Source: a bacterium (GTDB lineage Bacteria > Patescibacteriota > Minisyncoccia > Phycocordibacterales > JBBTRF01). From it: a stretch of DNA of 64,000 bases. The stretch covers positions 26,870-90,869 of the forward strand of contig JBAXTI010000002.1 in the NCBI GenBank assembly GCA_037130265.1, written 5' to 3'. Within the stretch, counting starts at the first letter, position 1. The number at the start of each line of letters is the position of its first letter. A program made the translations under genes and the position numbers. The notes beneath the pieces are model-generated. The model did not search any database. It was given only the letters and a program-made list of their open reading frames with translations, and was not told the DNA's origin. Shown piece by piece: positions 47,001 to 56,000 of the stretch.

Positions 47001-50000
47001 ACGTCAGATTCTACTGGTCTGTACAAGATAAATGGCTCAACGATGTTGTCTGCTTCGACCACTAACGCCAACTATTTCTTCGGTACGAGCCCGGCAACGC
47101 TTCAAACAACCTTCTCAGGCACAAACAACTTTGGCCTCGGCTTGAACGACCTCAACGCCAATACCACAGGCTCTGGAAACGTCGCGATGGGTCGAGACGC
47201 GATGTTGGCAAATACTACGGGCGCCACAAACGTGGCGATCGGTTATTTGGCGTTCCGCAATGCAACCACTTCAGGTTCTGATAACGTGGCGATCGGTAAC
47301 TTGGCGCTTGCGGGGACGGCGAGCGTTGCAAACACGGGCAGTAACAACGTTGCCATTGGTCCATCAGCTCTGTTTGCTAACACATCGGGTGCTAGTAATG
47401 TCGCTATTGGTCCGAGTGCGCTCGCCTCAAACACCACCGGACAATTCAATATCGGTATTGGAAATCAGGCCATGACATCAAACGCGGCAGGACAGAACAA
47501 CACGGTCCTCGGTGTCAGCTCGATGAAGTATACGAAAACGGGTAACTACAACGTTGCCATCGGTACTTCGGCGAACCAGTACAACATGTCAGCTACCTCT
47601 ACGACTATCGTTGGAGAAGAGGCTGCGCAGGGTGTGAATAATGTTTCTTACTTCCAAAATGTAACTGCTTTGGGGTACCGTTCGTTGTATGCCATTACAA
47701 CAGCAGATGACACCACGGCTGTCGGTTATGGTTCTGGTGGGTCAGTAACGAGTGGAGTACAAAACACCTTTGTGGGTTCAAACTCAGGTGGAGGTGTTAC
47801 GACGGGTTCAGGCAACACACTCATTGGATACAACACAACCGCGACCGGAGCTACAATCTCAAATGCTATCGCTATCGGTTCGGGAGCGTCGGTAGGTTGT
47901 TCGAACTGTGCGGTGTTGGGCGGTACGAGTGGATCCGCAGTGATTGTCGGTGTGGGCACTTCTACTCCATATGCAAAGTTGAGTATTCAAAACGGTGTTG
48001 CCGCTACTACTACTATGGCACTTGTTCCTGCTGCTTTACAAACTGCCAACATCCTCGACATCTACAACACCGCCTCGACTCCTGTCCTTACCTCGGTGAT
48101 TACTTCCGCAGGCAAGTGGGGTATCGGCACCACTTCTCCAGGACAGATGTTGTCTGTCGGCGGCGACATCTTGGGTAACGTCCATATCGGTACATACTTC
48201 ACCGCGACCTCAACTACCGTCGCCTCAACCTTCCCATACGCTTCTACTACAGCACTCTCAGTCTCTGGAGCTTCATACTTCACCGGCCTTGCCACCCTTG
48301 GTAACGCTTCTACCACCCAGATCGGCTCGACCGGTTCTGCTTACTTCGTGACAAGTGGAACGGGAAGTGTGGGTATCGGCACCACCTCTCCCGCTACCAC
48401 ACTCTCTGTCGTTGGTAGCATTTACAATACAGGCGGTATCGGAGTAGGAAAGCTAAATACTACAGCCAACACCATTGACCTCGGTGTGGGTGCCACAGGT
48501 GCTACGTCAGGACTATACAAAATCAACGGTACCACTGTCGTCTCCGCTTCCTCGACCCTCAGTAACTTCTTCTTTGGAACGCTTCCTCCAACACTCAGTA
48601 CAACCATGACAGGTTCTAACAACAACGGTATCGGTGCTGGTGCATTAAACTCTCTCACCACAGGTCTTGAGAACAATGCTATCGGAGTAAACGCTGCTGC
48701 AAACCTCACAACTGGACAGTACAACATCGCTATTGGGCGAGATGCGATGCTCGCTAATACCGTCGGTAATAGAAACATTGCTATTGGCTATTTGGCAGAC
48801 CGAAACGCTACATCTTCATCTGTAGATAACATTATGATTGGTCAGAGTGCGGGTGCAGGTGTTGCGGCGAGTGGTCGAATCAGCACCTCTATTGGAAACA
48901 TCGGTATTGGTAACAGTTCCCTAAAACTTGTAACGTCTGGTACATATAATACGGCGGTTGGGTATGGCACTGCTTCAAACCTAGCAGATGGTTCACAGAA
49001 TATGTTCTTCGGAGCCTTTTCGGGAGCAGCCATGACTTCGGGAGGAGGAAACGCTGCGATTGGGTACAATGCAATGGGACTCACAACGTCGGGTTCAAAC
49101 AACCTAGCAGTCGGCACGAATTCTCTAATGGGAAACATCACAGGTATACGAAACGTATGTGTCGGTACGGGCTGTTCACAGTATAACCAATCAGCAACTT
49201 CCACTGTTGCCATTGGATATGCGGCGGCACAGGGTTCAAGTAACTACAGCGCACAAGGTATCGTAGCAATAGGAGATGCGGCACTCAGCTCGGTAACAAC
49301 AGCTTCGGACTACAATACCGCTATCGGGTATCAAGCTGGATACAGCAACGCAAACGGTACAGGAAATACATACATTGGCGCAAGTGCTGGTGTCAACAAT
49401 ACGTCAGGTTCAAATAACATCATGATTGGGCGAGCTACAGACTTTGCTGGCAACATTTCCTACTACATGAACATTGGAAACTTCCTATACGCTACCTCAA
49501 CAACGGCAGGAAGTGCCTTCGGGTCGTTCGGCATCGCTACCACAACACCTTCTGCTCGGTTCTCAATTAAGGGACTAGGTACTGGTACTGGTCGTTTACT
49601 CGCTTTCTCCGACTCAAGCAACGTGGAGCGACTGACGATGTTTGATAACGGTAATGTCGGCATCGGCACCACTTCTCCATGGCGAACACTTTCGGTGAAC
49701 GGCTCATCTGACCTCGGTACCAACGCTCTCGCTGGATACTTCACCGCAACCTCGACCACCGCTTCCACCCTCCCATACGCTTCCACCACCGCACTCTCCG
49801 TCTCCGGAGCTTCATACTTCACCGGCCTTTCAACCTTTGCCAACCTCCTCGCAACCGGCTCCACCACCCTCCAAAACTTCACCTTCGTAAATGCAACTGG
49901 TACCAGTGCTACCACCACCAACTTCTTTGCAACCACGGCGTCTTCAACTAACCTCTTTGCAAGTACCGCCAATCTCAACGCAGCAACCATCGGTACTACT

Positions 50001-53000
50001 CTCGGAGTCACCGGTGCTACTACTCTCTCCTCAACTCTCAATGTCACCGGCCTCACCACCCTTGGCAACGCTTCTACTACCCAGATCGGCTCAACCGGTT
50101 CTGCGTACTTTGCGACGAGTGGGGGGAATGTGGGCATCGGGACGACATCGCCTGGTTCGAAACTTGATGTAAACGGAGATATCAATGCGAACACTTATTA
50201 TCGTTATAAAGGCGGGATATTTGTCAACGCATCATCAACTAAACAGAATATGTTCGTCGGTATGGGTGCTGGAAATCTCACCACAACTGGAATTGGTAAT
50301 ACTGCGATTGGATATAATTCTGGCGCTGCACTAACAACTCAAAATGCCAGCATTAATCCTTTTCCAGTTCAAGCTGACACATTCATTGGAACGAACGCTG
50401 GCGCAGCGAATACTTCAGGAGATTCTAACGTTTTTGTAGGTTACAATGCTGGCGCAGTAAATACTTGTGGTCGCTCGACAGTTGCAATCGGTGCCTATGC
50501 TGGGGCGAGCTATGTGAGTGAGCCTGGATGTCCAGATATTGAAAATGGACTAAACGTCTTTATCGGTTCAGCTGCTGGACAATATATTACTGCTGGTTTG
50601 CATAACGTCTTTATTGGTGAAGATACTGGGCTACTCATGCAAAGTGGCTCGAACAACACCTTCCTTGGTTCGCATGCGGGCACAGGAATACTTACTGGCA
50701 ATGAAAGCACATACATCGGCGGTAGTGCTGGAGATTTCGCTTCAACTACTGGTGATGGAAACATCGGTATCGGAGTAAGATCTGCTCTATATCTTGATGG
50801 TTCCGCACAGTATAACGTTTTTCTTGGGAATGGCGCTGGCGCAGGTACTGAGGCTAATCCTAACGTAGCTTCGTTTAACACAGCTGTTGGTACTGGGGCA
50901 GGTTATCTGTTGACTACAGCCACTGGCGCAACTTTCTTGGGCTATCAAGCTGGATTGCAGGTCACCACTGGATACAGTAACACTCTTGTCGGTTATCAAG
51001 CCGGGTGGAATCTAGTGAGCGGTGTAAATAACACCTTCTTGGGTTATCAGGCTGGTTATAATACAACTGGTTCAGCAAATATTTTCCTTGGTGATCAGGC
51101 GGGAGCTTCTAATACTACTGGCTCAAACCAGTTTGTGGCCGGTGGAGATCATGCAAACTATCTCATTAGCGATGTATATTTCGGTCGAGGTATAAACAGC
51201 GCGACTCCTAGCACGTACACTATCCACGGAACTGGTGGCCTCGGTACAAATATTACTGGTGGTGATATCAATATTGCTGGTGGAGCAGGAACAGGATCTG
51301 GAGTGGGTGGAAATATCATTTTCCAGACTTCGAATACTGGGAGCTCAGGAACTACTTTGAATACGCTCTCCGAAAAAATAAGAATTACTAATTCTGGGAA
51401 AATAGGCATCGGTACTACAACCCCATGGAGGACGCTCTCCGTGAACGGATCATCCGATCTCGGTACCAACGCTCTCGCTGGATACTTCACCGCAACCTCG
51501 ACCACCGCTTCCACCCTCCCATACGCTTCCACCACCGCACTCTCCGTCTCCGGAGCTTCATACTTCACCGGCCTTTCAACCTTTGCCAACCTCCTCGCCA
51601 CCGGATCTTCCACCCTCCAGAACTTCACCTTCGTGAATGCTACTGGTACCTCAGCTACCACCACCAACTTCTTTGCTACTACTGCATCTTCTACTAACCT
51701 CTTCGCAAGTACCGCTACATTCAACGCCGCTTCAATTGGTACCACTCTTTCAGTCACTGGCCTTACCACTCTCGGCAACGCTTCTACTACTCAGATTGGT
51801 TCAACTGGTTCTGCATACTTTGCGACGAGTGGGGGGAATGTGGGCATCGGGACGACGACGCCAGATGGAAATTTAACTGTATATAATCCGTCAGGAGCAA
51901 GCACAGTAGATATTATGGGAAGTAGTGCTGGGTCATTGCTTAGGATTTCCCAGGGAAGCACTTTGGCTCAAGGAACAATTGATTTGGGAGTACACTCACC
52001 ACAGGCTGGTTTATTCCGTAGTGGCGGCACAAGTGGATTTGTTGCGTACGATACTGGGACTGGTGACACTATATTGAATAATGTTTTCGGTGGATCTAGT
52101 TTGTTGAGATTAAATTACGGTGGGACTACGGCTTTGGCAATAAATAGTAGTGGCAACGTCGGCATCGGCACCACCTCTCCTGGCCAGAAGCTTTCAGTGG
52201 CGGGAGATATCTTGGGTAATGTCCACATCGGTACATACTTCACTGCAACCTCCACTGCCGTGGCTTCTACCTTCCCATACGCCTCAACCACTGCACTCTC
52301 AGTCTCTGGAGCTTCATACTTCACCGGCCTTTCAACCTTTGCCAACCTCCTCGCAACCGGCTCCACCACCCTCCAAAACTTCACCTTCGTAAATGCAACA
52401 GGAACTAATGCAACGACAACGAATTTCTTTGCAACTACGGCGAGTTCAACTAATCTTTTTGCTTCAACTGCCACCCTCAACACTGCTTCAATTGCAAATA
52501 CTCTCAATGTCACCGGCCTCACCACCCTTGGCAACGCTTCTACTACCCAGATCGGCTCAACCGGTTCTGCGTACTTTGCGACGAGTGGGGGGAATGTGGG
52601 CATCGGGACGACGAGCCCGACGACGGCTTTGTTGGCAATCCAAAATAGTTCTGGACATTCATTCGATATATTTAGCACCGCAAATGGTTCTGCTGGGACA
52701 GCGATGACGATCAATGTAAATACTAGTTCAGCAAAAGCTCTGCAGATCAATTCAAATACGACAGACACCCCAATTACTGTGACTCACGTAGATCCTGGAA
52801 ACGTCCGAAATGCGGATATTTTCGGTATCAATATAAGTGAGACCCTAAACTCGATTGGCAATATCGGTGCCAATGATTACAAGTACGGTGGCGGAAACTT
52901 TGAGGTAACACAAAATGCTTCACCAGCTACTGCAAAAGATGTGTTCGGTGTTCGAGGAGTTTCAACAGCAAACAATGTTAATTTTACTGCGTACGGCGGA

Positions 53001-56000
53001 TATTTTAGTGGTAACTCAACGAACGGTACAGCTTACGGTGTCTATTCAGCTGCCGGAAAGAACTATTTTAACGGCAACCTCGGCATCGGCACCACCACTC
53101 CAGGCCAGAAGCTTTCGGTAGCGGGGGATATTTTGGGTAACAATATTATCGGCTCATACTTCACGGCGACTTCGACAACCGCTTCCTCGACTCTCAATTC
53201 CGCCCTTGGCATCGGCACGACAACCCCAAGTGCACGTTTGGCGATCACTGGATACGGCACCGCTGACACTGGCCGAGCTTTTGCGATCGCCAATAGTTCA
53301 AATGCTGAAAAGCTTTACGTGACAGACAGTGGCAAGACACGATTCAGTAATTTTGTGGCAATTAACTCTGATCCAAGCACAAACAACGGCACCGGCGCGA
53401 CTCTGTACGTAAAGCAGACTACGGGCTCGACAGGGTTCCCGTTCCAGGTTGTGAACACTTCAGATACAAACCTGTTCAGTGTAGATACATCTGGAAATAC
53501 AAACACAGCTGGCTCCGTCACCGCTTCTGCAAATGGATTCATTACTTCGTCCAGTGGAGGCGCTGCCTTCTTGCGCTTGACGCATACCTCCGGACGCTCA
53601 TTTGAAGTTCGCAGTAATAGTTCTTCGTATTTCTCTATCTACGACGCGACAGCTTCTGCTGATCGGTTGGTTGTGGCTGGCATTGGCACTGTTGGTATCG
53701 GCACCACCACCCCCTACGCTCAACTTTCTATTGTCAGCGGTGCCGCAGCCACCACCACTCTTGCCCTCAAGCCAGCCGCATCTCAAACCGCCAATATCCT
53801 GGATATCTACAGCAATGACGCAACTCCTGTCTTGAAATCGGTCATCACAGCGGCGGGCAAGTTCGGCCTCGGCACCACCTCCCCTTGGCGCACCCTCTCC
53901 GTGAACGGCTCATCAGACCTCGGTACCAACGCTCTTGCAGGGTACTTCACAGCTACTTCATCAACTGCCTCAGTCTTCACATATGCATCGACGACCGCAA
54001 TCTCTGCATCGGGTTCGGCATACTTTGCTACGAGTGGGGGAAATGTGGGTATCGGCACCACCTCTCCTTGGCGAACTCTCTCGGTCAACGGCTCATCCGA
54101 CCTCGGTACCAACGCTCTCGCTGGTTCCTTTACCGCAACTTCTACGACTGCCACTTCCACCTTTGCTGGCTTTATTGACGTCAATGGTACCGGCTCCAAT
54201 GCCACTTCCACCTTTGCTTCAAATCTTTGGGTGAAGGGTGCGATGAAGATCGGTACAAACTCGATCTATCTGAATGGTGCAGCGACTTCCACCTTCGGTG
54301 CAGGTATCAATCTCACCACTGGCTGCTTCTCGGTGAACGGTACTTGTGTTGGTGGTTCGAGTGCGGCAGTGGCAATTGGTAGTGCTATTACTGGCGGTAC
54401 CGCTGGCTCAGCGCTTTTCGTGGACGTTTCTGGAAATATTGCTCAGGACAATACGAATTTCTTCTGGGACAACTCGAGCAAATATTTAGGAATCCAAACT
54501 GCCACCCCAGGGTATCCTCTTGATGTAAATGGCACCGCTCATGCGACGACCTTGAACGCGGGCACCATTACCGACGGTGCAGGCTTTACTGTTACCGGAG
54601 GCACTATTGGTGGGGGTGTATGGAACGGCACAGCAATCGGTACAACGTACGGTGGCACTGGTATTAACTCTTCAGGCTCAACTGGTGTGGCTCAGATATC
54701 TTCAGGAACCTGGAGCGTCGGAGCTATCGATATTAGTTCCTCAAGCAATGTCACGGGCACATTGTCAGTGGCAAATGGCGGTACTGGCGCGACCTCATAC
54801 ACCGCTGGGTCAATTACTTTCTCAGATGGTACGAATCTTACGCAGGATAATGCAAACCTGTTCTGGAACAACTCGAGCAAATATTTAGGAATCCAAACTG
54901 CCACCCCAGGGTATCCTCTTGATGTAAATGGCACCGCTCATGCGACGACCTTGAACGCGGGCACCATTACCGACGGTGCAGGCTTTACTGTTACCGGAGG
55001 CACTATTGGTGGGGGTGTATGGAACGGCACAGCAATCGGTACAACGTACGGTGGCACTGGTATTAACTCTTCAGGCTCAACTGGTGTGGCTCAGATATCT
55101 TCAGGAACCTGGAGCGTCGGAGCTATCGATATTAGTTCCTCAAGCAATGTCACGGGCACATTGTCAGTGGCAAATGGCGGTACTGGCGCGACCTCATACA
55201 CCGCTGGGTCAATTACTTTCTCAGATGGTACGAATCTTACGCAGGATAATGCAAACCTGTTCTGGAATAATTCCACAAAGGCTTTGGGAATTGGCGATAC
55301 TGCTCCTGGTGCGAAGCTTTCGGTAGTGGGTAATGCATCGATTGGTTATGCGACTGGTCAGACCGCGCCGACAAACGGATTGTTAGTGGCTGGTAGTGTC
55401 GGCATCGCCACCACTTCTCCAAGCCTCGCAACGTTTACTGTTGAGGGAGGTTCAGGTGCCACAACAGCTTTCTTCACAGGGAGCGTCAATAGCTATCAGG
55501 AGGTGCTTAATCAAAATCGAAGCAATGGTACGAGTGCTTCGACTGACTTTGTTGCAGTAAACAATATCGGTAATGCAAGTTCTTACTACGTGAATTTGGG
55601 TATTAATAGTTCTGGTAATGCCGACCCTTCTTACACCCTCTTCTCCGCAAATGACGCCTACCTATACTCGAGTGATTCAGCCTTAAACCTCGGTACTGCA
55701 AGCACTACCAACACGAACGCAGTCATCAAATTCTTCACTGCTGGCACGGTCGCTGGCAAGGAGCGTGCCCGGTTCAGTTCGACGGGTAACTTCGGCATCG
55801 GCACGACCTCCCCTGGCCAGCTCCTTTCAGTCGCAGGTGATATTTTGGGCAACAATATTATTGGCAGCTACTTTACGGCGACGAGTACGACAGCGACATC
55901 GACCCTCGCTGGGGGATTTACCATGGGTTCAAGTGGTCTTAATGCGTATGCAAACGGCAAGGTTGGCATCGGCACAACCACCCCACAGTGGCTGCTCAAC

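Noticed and set aside
44700-55267. Diversity-generating retroelement or CRISPR explanation of the repeats
   Set aside because: No reverse transcriptase or cas gene is present. I saw no adenine-specific mismatch pattern. The repeats are in-frame, long and irregularly spaced.
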